Source of the DNA: Antedon mediterranea
Lineage: Eukaryota > Animalia > Echinodermata
DNA: 64,000 nt
Assembly (NCBI RefSeq): GCF_964355755.1
Contig: NC_092673.1
Coordinates: forward strand, 28,331,648-28,395,647
Direction: 5' to 3'
Under the pieces are notes generated by a model that saw only the letters and a program-made list of their open reading frames with translations, was not told the DNA's origin and searched no databases. The position numbers and the translations under genes are program-made. Positions 1 through 12,405 of the stretch are shown here, in pieces. Each line of letters begins with the position of its first letter. Position 1 is the first letter of the stretch.

Positions 1-7
1 TCTTTAA

Positions 8-145
8 AGCTCTGTCTACACTCTCTAACTAGTTTGACAAAAAAAGTTTGATGTGCCCAAATACGAGTGATATGTCATCATCATGTCCATATATGGTCAC
101 ATCACATTTTATTGTCACATAAAGTTTGATAGTGTAGACAGAGCT
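8..145. mobile_element. Harbinger-type MITE family A (about 19 copies in the window)
   Basis: TIR AGCTCTGTCTACACTATCAAACT with TWA flanks. Other copies at 2210-2364, 4641-4801, 9827-9969, 10849-11017, 13693-13858, 16683-16847, 20139-20253, 20990-21100, 22896-23046, 24408-24546, 26628-26838, 33367-33520, 46362-46504, 47697-47869, 49981-50143, 51241-51316, 51345-51478 and 63839-63993. Confidence 0.9.
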
Positions 146-197
146 TCTTAAATAACCTCTCTTATACAACATCCTCTGTTTTTCTTAACTTTTTCAG

Positions 198-1121
198 ATG
201 ATTTAGCGTTAAGTTCAATGGCCTTCCGTGTCAGTGCTAAAGGGTTACGCTCACACTTTTGGTGGAAGGAATGTAAGGTGGGTTGAACACTGGGATCTAT
301 TTACTGCATTCCATTTGTTTTCAACTATTCAACTGTGGCCATTTCCCTTAAATATTAAGTATTTAATTTAACTCAATAAATATTTAAGTATTTCTCTTAA
401 ATTGTATTCACTTAGATAGGAGATTTTTTTTAATTTTAAAGCTAAGTGTTTCCCTTGGCCTAAGTGTGAATGGTGACTACACCCACTGTTTTCTAGTATA
501 CATACATTTTTTTAATTGTTTATATTTTAAGTGTAAAATCTTCAATTTTCATAAATGTTCATATCTACAGTATGATGAATAAAGTTAATCTACATATATA
601 CACACTGTTTACAAACAGGATTAAATACTTGTATCATAATTTCTATATGATATAATATATCAATATCATTTTTCTTTCAGACACGCCTTGTGATACTGTT
701 TGTGGTGTGCATAGTACTATTAGTCATATTTTGTAAGTGTAACACTGAACAAAAAATGTTTTGCTCAACTCATACACAACTTTTTCCAAATACTTATTAC
801 ATATTTCACCATTGGATAGAGCACCTAAAGATGCCTATCTTATGATAAACATGTTTGCAAACCTCTATCACATAAACAAACATTTCAATCAAATCATTAA
901 ACGGCGTGTGGATGATATAAATACATTAGTTTGTGGTTGACATGTATGCTTCTAAGGTTCCAGGTTCCAGTCCTTGTCTGTTCACTAAGCTAAAACCACC
1001 ACATTAAGTTATTTTTAGAATGTCTTTTTGTGTATTTGGTATTTAATTGGTTTTTTTTAACTTCTTGATTTTAATTTTTTTTTTTTTCATTTCAGTGCCC
1101 TTGTTTTTGAAGAAGAAATAA
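198..1121 (+). CDS. VAMP4: VAMP4-like R-SNARE, last three coding exons (5' part lies outside the window)
   Basis: Exons 198-277, 681-732 and 1096-1121 joined by GT-AG introns give DDLALSSMAFRVSAKGLRSHFWWKECK-TRLVILFVVCIVLLVIF-LPLFLKKK*. This is the end of a synaptobrevin SNARE helix (WWxxCK as in VAMP4) followed by a C-terminal transmembrane anchor. Confidence 0.75.
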
Positions 1122-2563
1122 TTAATCAAGTTTGAAATCTGAACCTTTAATGTCAAATCATACTCAGATCATCAATGTTTAAATTTAAAAACATTTTTCA
1201 AACTTTATTTTTAAGAGAGAATAAATGTACGTATTTGTAAACCATAAAACTAGTATGATCATAATTCATCAAAATAGGTTTTGAATTTATTGTTCCATAT
1301 ATGGAGCAATTGTCAACTTCAACAATGAATTAATTTAAATAAGGAATTAGAAAAGAATGTTGTCTTTATTAATATTTATTTATACTTCTTCTACAGTAAG
1401 TGTAAGGATTAAATGTAGTTTGCTAATTATACTAGTTTTTAATCATTTTTATTTTATTAAGAAAATGCATTCCATAAATTAAAATTTTATTTAGACTTGT
1501 TAATAGACTAAATAAGGGTTTACGGATGTGTGCAAGAGATTTGATATAGGGTTAAGTCAAGCTTAAACAAGAAAGAGTGGTGTTAAAAGCAAGCATATGG
1601 TACTTGAGTCTTCTATTTATTTAGCTTTTGCAAATGTAGACTAAATGGTTCATGTTTGTACAGGATCACTAACTCTATTTATTTCATACGCATCCAACAG
1701 CGAGCACAAATTACAGGGTGGATAAACTATTTTATAATTTATCGTGCTTATAAACTAAGCCTCATTTGAGTGTCATGAGACTAGGCCAGGATTGAACCCA
1801 GACCATTACATTGGAACACCAAGCTACAGCTCCACTACATAAATATGTAAATTATGTACCTTGGAGATTGGTACAGCCATCCTGATTATTGGTTCCAGGT
1901 TAGGATTTGATGTTAAAAAGGCTCTGAAAGAACCCTGTTATATAATGACACTAAGTGACCCATTTGGTAATCCAAATCTACTTAAAACACATACCAAACC
2001 CAAGTTGTTTCTCATATATTGTATGTAATCTTTATTGAATTATAAAATATAATTTTAAAGATATTTTCTTCAAATCATTTTTATTGTTTTCGCAATGTGT
2101 TTTGCAATTTGCATTATGTTGCTTGTTAATTTTATAAGTTTATCATGCTTTTATTTGAAAATTAAATATATTTATGCGGAACTTTCCTCAACTTGTCATT
2201 GAACTATTAGGCTCTATCTACACTATCAAACAAGTTTGAAAAATAAGGTGTCATGTGCCCAAATATGTGATATTCCTAAATATGGTAGTGATATGTCATC
2301 ATGTTCATATATGGGCACATCACATTCGTTTTGTCACATAAAGTTTGATAGTGTAGACAAGGCTTTAGGGAGCTATGACCTGGAGGTCATGTTAATTTGT
2401 TACTGCTTCCTCCTCCTCTACACAGTGCAGGTCATAGGCACATAAAAAGTTACCACGATTTATATTCACGTAAAAAAAAAACAATATGCCACTAAACACA
2501 AAAAAACATGATGTAAACATCATAGTAAGCTTTCATTTGGGGGATGATAAACAAACAAGACGA

Positions 2564-2700
2564 TTAACAGCTCGTAACATGGACGGAATACACTTATAAG
2601 GGATCACCTTAACAGCTCGTAACATGGACGGAATACACTTATAAGGGATCATCTTAACAGCTCGTAACATGGACGGAATACACTTATAAGGGATCACCTT
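2564..2700. repeat. 45-bp tandem repeat, 3 copies
   Basis: TTAACAGCTCGTAACATGGACGGAATACACTTATAAGGGATCACC starting at 2564, 2609 and 2654. Confidence 0.95.
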
Positions 2701-2911
2701 ATTCGTGTCTACCATCCTGAAATAAAAGCTCTTTAATGTTGAAATCGCAACAATAAAATTAAACAAAAAAGATTATGAAGGAATGATGTTTATTCTTGCT
2801 CAATATTACTGCTGTACAATACAAACTGTACATATATTGCATACAGTACTGTACTTGCATTATTAATAGTATAAACAATATATTAGGCTGGCCATAGTTA
2901 ATTCTTCTTAA

Positions 2912-4029
2912 AATGGACCTGAAATGGATTTTCGATTTTTTTCATTTTAGAATGATGTTTTGGGGGCTATTAGGTGTTGCTAGAATGTATATTGTTATAA
3001 AATATAAATTCGCCCTTTTGGGGAAAGCCCCATTTGAAAATCAAAAAAATTCGCGGGTGACGTCACTTTGCGAATATATTCCTATCCCTCCAATGGACAA
3101 TTTGCAGTTTTTTGGCTATAACTCTTGAAATCTATGGAGTATTTTCTAAAAAATGCTTGTGCTTTTGCAGAAACGTATTTAGAATTTTTTTAGATAAAAT
3201 TATTACCGTATAAACGGTTAGTCATCGAGTAAATGACGATTTAAAATCTCCAAATCAACGGTTTTTTCTGGCAATACCGACGTTAGCCTGGCAACGTTGT
3301 CCGGGATACAGCGCCGTGTGCAATGATGCGTATCCATATTTTCCGTTCGTGTATTTTGTATTCGTTTGTAATTTATACTGCTAAAATGTGTTAGTTTCTT
3401 TAGTTTATAGTTTAGCAGAATTAAATTAGTAATATGAGATGGTAATTTATTTGTTCACGAATCAGGCAGTTCGAAAACGAATTTGATTCATATTTTACTT
3501 TGGCTTGACAATGAGCAGCAAGTTGTTGATATCGCTTTGGATGCACATGAAACGTGTGGGTGGATCGACTCCGCACGCTGGGCACCGCCTAGCCTAGGCC
3601 TAGTATTAGTAAAGGTTTGGGAGGTAGGCCTAGGCCTTCTAAATGCGGGTTTTAGAACAAACAAAGTACATTTTAGGGCACTATATTTCAACAACATTAT
3701 ATATTGAATTAGTATTAGTGTCAACGCTTCGCGTATCTTTCCAGGCCGTCGATCATTCACGGACTATCGGGCGGCATACACGCTCTCGATCGATATCGCC
3801 GTCGTGTGTATATGTGACGTCGTGAATATAGATGCTCCCGACGGCCGTTGAAATAGAATATTGCAATGGCGTGAGTAACTTTCGCTAATTTACCAAGGTA
3901 TCTTAAAATTTCGTTTTTTCTCAAAATACTATACATTTAGTTTTTATTTGTATGGGCTTGTGTTAATTTGATACATATAAATAACATGTGTGAATTTCTT
4001 GAAAATCGAAATTCCATTTCAGGTCCATT
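2912..4029. mobile_element. Non-autonomous DNA transposon with TTAA TSD (Kolobok-like)
   Basis: TIR AATGGACCTGAAATGGA / TCCATTTCAGGTCCATT flanked by TTAA at 2908-2911 and 4030-4033; purine-purine termini rather than the CC of piggyBac; no coding capacity. Confidence 0.8.
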
Positions 4030-4175
4030 TTAATATGATGAGTGGGTCAATGCAGTGTAAAGCTCCATCTACCCCCTTAAAATGTTCTTAGTAAAATACT
4101 GTATGAATGTAAAAGAGTTTTTTAGACAATTTAATATGGTCTTTTATTTAAACAAAGTTGTTGATGAACAGTGTC

Positions 4176-6912
4176 TTATTTAGCTCCCATTTGTTGCTGG
4201 CTAAAGAATCCACCAGCTTGCTTAGATGCTGCTCTAGAGGGTGCAAACCCAAGTAACTTCTGTATGTTCTAAAAGATAAAATATAGTGTATTTAAGTATT
4301 CTGGTATTATATAAATTGTTATTAATGTTTTAATGTACTAAAAACCATGTAATACACACAACTTCGTTTTTGAACAATTTTTCACAGTTTTAAGCAACAA
4401 ATTGTAAAAAACTGATAATTGCAACTCATAAACCTCATTCACATGCTCCTATTTTTCCAACCACAGAAAACACAGGATAAACTGTGATGCTTTGTATTCA
4501 ACAAAATGTGCATATGGTACTATGTAAAAGAATTGGATACACAAAATGTGGGCCAATACCCCTTTCACATTGTCTATGACAACTCCAGAGTTTAAACACA
4601 AACCGGGGTGCACACCATATCATATTCTGTGAAAGGGTAAAGCTCTGTCTACATTATCAAACTTTATATGACAAAAAAATGTGATGTGCCCATATATAAA
4701 CATGATGATGTTATACTACTACCATATTTGGGCATATCACCACCATATTTGGGCACATCACACTTTTTTTGTCAAACTAGTTTGATAGTGTAGACAGAGC
4801 TTGAAGTCTGGATTTTCATAGGCAATGTGAAAGGGATCTAAATTACTTACCTGTCTAATGGACATGGTACATAGAATATAAAGAAAGATAAATGAACAGT
4901 CAGTATAATCATCACCAAGTAGATTGCGATGCGACAGACCCTGAATCCAGCTGATTGGTGTAAATGGTAACTTAGCAACAACTCTTCCATCAAAGCTGCA
5001 ACAAAATAAATCAAATATTTTTATTTTAAATCTACGGATTTGTTAAAGACGGTCGATTTTTAGACACTGCAGTAACTAAGGATGTGTTTATACAACACCC
5101 TTCTTACTTTATCTGCTTACCATGTATATGAATGTTTTCACAGACGAAGGTCAATCCCCTAAACTGAGCCATTCACACATGACAGTTAACTGCCGTTTTG
5201 TGAACAGGAAGGTCAGTCACAGCTAAATTTGTGCTGCTATGTTCTCATCTTTATTACATACAGAGGGCAACTTGTCTCCTGAGGCTACTTCAGCTCACCA
5301 ACCGGCCAAATCTGGCCGGTCCAAAAGTAGCCTTTTCAAGTAGTTATGGGCCCGTTTAGAATAGTAGTACCTACACGGAATCTATTTCTGTTTATACAAC
5401 ATGCCAATGTATAACCGTGTTGTATAAACGGGCCCTTAGGAATGCTTTACAACTTTTAATTCAAAGTGTAACACTTACATTGAATTGAACATTCCCATGA
5501 GGGCGGTAAACGTGAAACCAATCGCAAACATCGACTTCATCTTGACGAATGACAGATCTCGACTGTTACTCTTTAACCTTTCTTCTTGACGTTCTAAAAT
5601 TTGAAAACAAACTAATTTAAAAACAGAGTACAGTGATGTAGTCAGAGGAAATAAAGTGGTGCGGTTAGTACAAGAAAAGGGAACAATCTCTGTCCAAGTC
5701 ATTGGGTTGTCAAAGGCCTCTGAGAAGAAGTTGTCAGGTTGAAACCCTTCTAACCATACTGGTGGCTACGGCCCTGCAGTAGATTAAGAATCATGTACAG
5801 TATAGAAAAAGGGATCACACAAAGTGAGTTCATCTACAATCTGTCAGACTATTGTATGTCTAAAAAATAAATAAATTATAAATTAATTTACCAATGAAGA
5901 AGACAGACAATAACATACCTAATTTCTTCTTCTGCCCTTTATCACTTGATTCTCCAAAATTCTCTTTTGTTTTTTCCACTGATATGTAAAAAAAATATAT
6001 TGTACCTCAATATTAATTTAAATGTAAGTAGTGAAGCTGTAGCTTGGTTAAATCCTGACCTAGTGCAAGGGTTATAACTTACAATTCCACTCCCTAAGCC
6101 TCAAATGAGACTCAGTTTATAAGCACAATAATACATTATAAATATGAAATAGTTTAATATCCATCCTGTAATTGGCGAGTTTGAGCAGGAGCTCATTGTT
6201 GGATGCATGAAATTTAAAAAATATATATTATTATTATTGGACTAATACTATTCTTCAATTTGCAACACCGCCACCAAAAAATGAGTAAGGTGGTACACCG
6301 TACAGTACTTTTTTTTAACATGAGAAAAACCTCTAAATGTAAATTATAATTATGTGCTATGGTATTTCAATAAACTTACACTTTTTACTTTGTTTTTCAA
6401 CTTCAGCTTTTAATTTTTTGTATGTTTCTGTTCTATATACCAACAAGTATGTAATGCCTATATAATAAAAACAAACAAAAAAAGTCATTATGTAACATAA
6501 TACTGTATATTAAACGTTTTACAAATTCATTTTTTCGCCATTTTTTTTTCAATTTGACTTGAAAACATAAATTACAAAATTTGTAATATTTATTATTATT
6601 AATGAAATATGACACGTAGGCTTAATTAGTAATATCAATTATAAGATTATTCATGAAAATCATATCGTAATTTCAAACATAATTAAGGTAATTATTCGAG
6701 GAAGGTTTAGGCCCAATCGTAATGAGACCTTTACAAGAAATCAAATATATTACAGCGACACTCGCCTTTTGTCCGCTACTCGCTACCCACAAGAATGCGC
6801 AGCAAACGCGCGAAGGTGGCCTAGCAAAATGAAAATAAAGTGTAGACTTACCCTCCGAAAGAAGAGCTGTACAGACAGATATAAAGACAATAAGTAGCGT
6901 ATCAGCAAACAT
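4176..6912 (-). CDS. TMCO1: Transmembrane and coiled-coil domain protein 1 (ER calcium load-activated channel), 6 coding exons
   Basis: Exons 6852-6912, 6380-6457, 5919-5978, 5479-5593, 4851-4995 and 4176-4268, all GT-AG and in frame. Protein MFADTLLIVFISVCTALLSEGITYLLVYRT...KSMFAIGFTFTALMGMFNS...FDGRVVAKLPF...SHRNLLGDDYTDCSFIFLYILCTMSIRQNIQKLLGFAPSRAASKQAGGF is nearly identical to vertebrate TMCO1. Confidence 0.97.
5080..5435. mobile_element. Harbinger-like MITE in a TMCO1 intron
   Basis: Imperfect TIR GGATGTGTTTATACAACAC / GTGTTGTATAAACGGGCCC with TAA and TTA flanks. Confidence 0.55.
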
Positions 6913-7179
6913 TATTGTTATTTATTGTATTATATATATTTACTAAATTATTATGAGGTTAATTTTATGTATATTTAGTGTTTTAATGTAATTTTTGTTT
7001 CATAACAGCAACACAAGCTACTCATCGTCCTTCAATCAGGTTGTAGAAAACCCCCTAGCTTGAAAGAAATTTACAATTTTGTTTAAAACTATAGAGGGCG
7101 TTCTATGTTAAAAGATACATTTTTTGTTGCGGTTTTGTATAATTTCAGCAGTTGGGGCGTTCATGATTTAGTATGTAAA
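6913..7179. promoter_or_regulatory. Bidirectional promoter between TMCO1 and UCK
   Basis: Only 267 bp separate the two divergent ATGs (6912 on -, 7180 on +). Confidence 0.75.
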
Positions 7180-10100
7180 ATGGCGGGGCGACGTGTGCAA
7201 CGGAACAATGGACGTGATCTGAATGGTATGAGCAAAAAACCATTTTTAATTGGAGTTGCTGGTGGTACTTCATCGGGAAAAGTAGGCAAACATTTATTTA
7301 ATTCAGTTTTAACTTTTCAAGTTTGTAAATGTATCATTTATTGAGAAATTAGTAAAATTGTAATCGCATACGTAATCAGTTTTTGATGACCTCGTGTCAG
7401 TTTCCATACGTAGAGGGGGTAAAACAAGTTTTTCCTTGTAAACAAGTACACGTGGTGTGAAATGAACAGCTTTTTAAAATTCATGTTTTATTAGTTAACT
7501 TGAATTGCGTTAATAATTCCTGTTCGAAATAATAATAAAATAAAGAAAATACGCCTAAGCTACTTTTAATATTCTATTATAAGTTTTTATTTATAAAAGA
7601 GAAGGCTGAGGGTAATTTATGGATGATATTGAATGATGATGATGATGTAATTACTTGATTGAAATATAATATACCCATCATAACTTTAACTGTTATTTTA
7701 GTGTTAGCAGGCCAGACCACTAAATCAGTTATTGCTGTTGCTTGAGCATGGTGTAAATCATCTGAAAAAAAGAGTTGAATTTATTATAAACATTTTGTTC
7801 CTAATAGCATTGCACTTAAAGCTGAAAGGAGAATGTTAATTTTGGGGTGGCAGCAAATTTGAAGATAACATTTTTTTTATATATATTTATTTTTATTTAT
7901 TTTATTCAGTTGACAACCAACAGTGATGAAACCGTCACTAACAGGTTGAATCTAAACATAATAAACTATAATAATACATTCAAATATACAACAATAACAT
8001 AAACAAAGATTAGAACATTATAGAGATTTAACAATTTTACCCTTAAATACATTTAAACTATCATAAAATAAATCAATATCCAAACAAGTAACAAGCAACC
8101 TATTAAATGTGTTAGGTAACCGCTGAAAAATACCTCGTTTTGTGCATTCAACACGACCACAAGTAACTTGAAGCAAACTCTTGCTACGAGTACGAGTTCT
8201 TATATTCAACTTACACAAAGCAACAAGAGGACAATCATAAACAGAATTGAAAGAGTTGTATAAAAATACCATATCAAAAACAATTCTACAATATTCTGAC
8301 CCTGATATTCATGTCATGCTGATTTATTTTTTAATGTAGCCATTGTTAAATACAGTAGTCATTAATTTTTATTTTGTAAAATAAATACGTTCAAATTTTA
8401 AAAATCTTGCAAATAAAATAACTTTTTCATTCTGGTTCTGTTTCATGTAAAATGTTTTTTTTTTAGTCATCAGTTTGTGCAGAAATTGTTGAACAACTTG
8501 GTGAAAATGAACATGAGAGTCGGCAACGCAGGGTAAATGTGATTGGTCAGGACAGTTTTTATAAAGTTTTAAATGAAGAAGAGAAGAAAAAAGCATTCAA
8601 GGGACAGTTTAATTTTGATCATCCAGGTGCGACGTCACAGTCAATTCATTAAATTAATAAGAAAATGTTAAAAGTACAATTTTGCTTCCCAATGACACAT
8701 AACACAGTAGAACCCCCTTTTTTAGGACACCCCTTAGCCATATTCAGTAGAAACTGTGAAATGTACTGTACGAGGGACAATAGAGAGGTTTCGCAATCTT
8801 ACGAATACGATAACAAAAACAGATACGTCGCGCACACGTATTCGTTTTCGTAAGCCATAAATAAAATATGACTGCGGTAAATTTGAGCGAAGCGCAGGTA
8901 CGTGTTGCTTGGTGCTTGGCTGCCTAGGCCTAGCGTAACATCAAAGCGAGTGAGGACTTTAAAAACTGCTAGTTATCAAAATTGACTTGGCATTTTAGTA
9001 AATTACTTTAGTAAATTACTTTCAATAAATCTATAATTATATTATAATCATGAATCATTCCTGATTCAAATGCAAAATGTGCAAAATAGATAAAAAACTA
9101 TACTCGTTTTGTAGTTACGAATATGACTGGTGATATTCGTCAACACGAATACGCTTTACAAATATGAAATGGGGATCAGCACAAAAGTTTCACAAATGTA
9201 TGACTTATCCGTTTTCGTTATCGTATTCGTAAGGTTGCGAAACCTTCCTAATATATTATGTTTTACGGCCAAACTTTATTAAGGGGACCCTTTGTTTGAG
9301 CTCAAAGTGTCTCCTTTATTTATCCAACAATTTATAAAATTTTTGAATTTGTACAAAGTAATATTTTATTATAATGTATATATAACAATATTAATTTATT
9401 CCTAGCTGGTAGGAAATATGTTATTTGAAATGTAGTCCTATACTTTAAAACGTTTTATAATTATTCATTGTTATCCAAATTTGTGGTATCAGTATTACAA
9501 TTATGTGGCAACTTCTTTAAACAAAAATTGTTTGCAGCAACATGTTAATCACCTTAGAACCTACATCATGCTAAATGTACACTTTATATTATACAATGTA
9601 TTAAATAAATGTACTGTTAAGCAAGATATTAACAACTGATAATATATTAATAATAACTTTAGTGCTTGAGATGAGAGTCTTACTATTTATAATTTAAAGT
9701 ATCCTGTTGGTCTATTTCTAGATGCATTTGATTATGAAATGATGAAACAGATATTGGAAGATGTGGCATATGGTAAAACAGTTAAAGTGCCAGTTTATGA
9801 CTTTAAAACGCATTCCAGGTACGTTAAGCTTTGTCCACACTATCAAACTTGATGTGACAATAAAATGTGATGTGCCTATATATGGACACGATGATGTCAT
9901 CATATCACTACCATATTTGAGCACATCACACTTTTTTTGTCAAACTAGTTTTATAGTGTGGACAGAGCTTAAAATAGAGAAAGTCCAAAAAATAGAATGA
10001 AACAAATTTACCTGCAAAGAACACAAGACCAAGGAGAACATGTTACATCTGTAGGCCTGAAGTATACTTTTACAATATCACCGAGAACCAGCACCAATGT

Positions 10101-11442
10101 TGATTGTTCTTTTAGAAAACCTGAAGGTTTCACAGTAATTTATCCTGGTGATGTGGTCATAGTGGAAGGAATTCTTGTCTTCTATTACCCAGAAATTAGA
10201 CGTATGTTTCACATGAAACTGTTTGTGGATACAGACCCTGACACAAGGCTGTCAAGAAGAGGTAATTACATTCTTTAATTGTTTTCTGAAAATTCAAGTT
10301 TTTAGGAATGCATTTTATAAATGAGATTAAAAATGTCTTTTTAAGTATAAAAAAAAAACTTTCTAGAAAGAGGTATGTAACTATCTGCGACTTGAAATAG
10401 TTTGTGTGCTCTTTCGTCTTTGGTGGTTTCTTCTTTGTTATTGTTTTAATTAATCAATCTCCTTTGTTAATACTACAATGTACAATCATGCATTTTGTGA
10501 AGTAGGGAAATAGTTTGTATCTTAATCACTGTTTGGAGTGTTTTTAAAATTATTTCTGCTTTTTAATTATAATTAATGAAACAACTTCATTTGTAATGTA
10601 GTATTGCGAGATATTAATGACAGAGGTCGTGATTTGGAACAGATTCTAATTCAGTACACTCAGTTTGTAAAACCAGCATTTGAAGAATTTTGCCTCCCAA
10701 CAAAAAAATATGCCGATGTAATCATTCCACGAGGTGTTGAAAACACAGGTAAGGAGTGTTATGAAGTTACCTAATGAAGTTGTCCAGTATCATGGACAAA
10801 TTCTGTAATACAGTGTAACATGTATCACATGCATGTATTATATTATTAAGCTTATCAATCTTTATGGGACAACAAAATGTGATGTGCCCATATATGGACA
10901 CGATATGTCATATCACTACCATATTTGGGCACATCACATTTTTTGGTCAAATTACTTTGATAGTGTAGACAGAGCCTTAGGTTAGGCTTATGGTTTGATA
11001 GTGTAGACAGAGCCTTAGGTTAGGCTTATGGCCTATGACATAATGTGACACTGTTTCAAAGAATTTTCCTATGGTACAAATTCTAGATACAGTACCGAGA
11101 ATCGGCTAATTGAAGAGTTAGTGAAATTGTCTTTATAAACATATATTCAAGATAATTAGTTAAGTTTTTATATTGTTTTAAATTTTATTGTATCTGTGTT
11201 TCTAAGCTCAGGAAAACAAATATCATGTATGTATATTATGTGACAATAAATTGATTCTTCATTATTGATTTCATCTTTTAGTCGCAATAGGCCTTATTGT
11301 CCAACATATTCGCGATATTTCTAATGGAGGTCTAAAAAGAATGAATGGAACTTCAAAAACAGAAGCAGTCAAAAGTCACATGGTGAATGGCGACGCAGGG
11401 CCTGACAGGGACCAATCATTAAACAGCAACCGACCCCACTGA
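7180..11442 (+). CDS. UCK2: Uridine-cytidine kinase (UCK1/UCK2 pro-ortholog), 6 coding exons
   Basis: Exons 7180-7281, 8467-8626, 9722-9818, 10116-10261, 10602-10748 and 11282-11442. Motifs: P-loop [73 protein letters not shown], and C-terminal RPH* as in vertebrate UCK1/2. Confidence 0.95.
7871..8296 (-). mobile_element. 3' fragment of a non-LTR retrotransposon (CR1/Jockey-like) in UCK intron 1
   Basis: ORF 8018-8272 resembles an ORF2 C-terminus ([27 protein letters not shown]), followed by a short 3' UTR and an (AAATA)n tail. Confidence 0.65.
8782..9249. mobile_element. MITE family B, copy 1 (nested in an older CAGT-terminated MITE)
   Basis: TIR AGAGAGGTTTCGCAATCTTACGAATACGA / TCGTATTCGTAAGGTTGCGAAACCTTCCT with AAT on both sides; near-identical copy at 25322-25827. 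Confidence 0.85.
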
Positions 11443-12066
11443 CAAATGACCTTGTTATGTCTACTAGCTACCAGCATACTCTATAACATGCACAATCTCC
11501 AGTGAAAGTTCTACAAGAACTTCAGACGCCAGCTTTCTCAATATTCTTTGTATTTAATATTTCATGAATTTTTTATTTATTATTTAATAATTGCCATTTT
11601 GACTAAATTTGTGTAACTTTTTAAACAATCTGGCACACAAATGTAAATAAATGTTAATTTACATACAGGTGTTGACATAATGGTTCTGTCAGTGTAAATT
11701 GCACAATTGAGCAGCACTATTGAGCATGTGTGATTATTTGAATGAATGCATGTTTTTTCGTCCAGTTCAATTTCAATCAGTGTAAATTGCACAATTATTA
11801 ATATAATAGTAAGCTTTAAGTCATTTTTTAAGGGAGCAGAAACGGTTTTGTGGGACTGTGTAGGAGCCACTAATGATTAGAATTCTCTAGGCCTGTTCAC
11901 TGCCCTTCCCTATTGGAACTTTGCTAGCATTAACAAGCAACTAAGAAGCACATTTTGCTTGGACATCATATTGCTTGTATGCCTTGAAATGTGCATGCTA
12001 GGATGCTGGTTGTTTCAGAAGGGAGTGGTAGGCAGTAATACCCCCTCCTTTGGGACACACCTGTTA

Positions 12067-12405
12067 TGCACTTGTCAATTGTATGACCCACTATACGACC
12101 CCCGGGAGAGGTGCGTCATTTGTCCGATGTGCGTCATACTTTTGAATACCATGACGCACCCGTGCGTCAAAAAGGTGACTTACCTTTAGGTGACCATGAC
12201 GCACCCATTTTGACGCACTGTGACCATGTTGTTTATGATATGGTGGGTGGTAAAGTGACGGACATTGACACACCTTGTTCATTGATGTGACGTACCATCT
12301 AGGTTTTTTTGACGCACCCCTGCGTCAATAATTATTTGTAAATGACGCACCCATGACGCACCTCTACCGGGGGTCGTATAGTGAGTCATACAATTGACAA
12401 GTGCA
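12067..12405. mobile_element. Harbinger-type MITE with ~55-bp TIRs and TTA TSD
   Basis: TGCACTTGTCAATTGTATGACCCACTATACGACCCCCGG at the left end and its reverse complement at the right end; TTA on both sides. Confidence 0.88.

Noticed and set aside
2236-2445. Recurrent small ORFs with PKYGSDM / [18 protein letters not shown] motifs suggesting a peptide family
   Set aside because: All are translations of non-coding MITE family A copies in varying frames and strands.
2533-2766. ORF with VIPYKCIPSMLRAVK repeats
   Set aside because: By-product of the 45-bp tandem repeat; no splice or homology support.
11440-11505. Stop-codon readthrough or selenocysteine at the UCK TGA
   Set aside because: RPH* is the conserved C-terminus, the context TGA-CAA-ATG does not match strong readthrough motifs, and no SECIS is evident.
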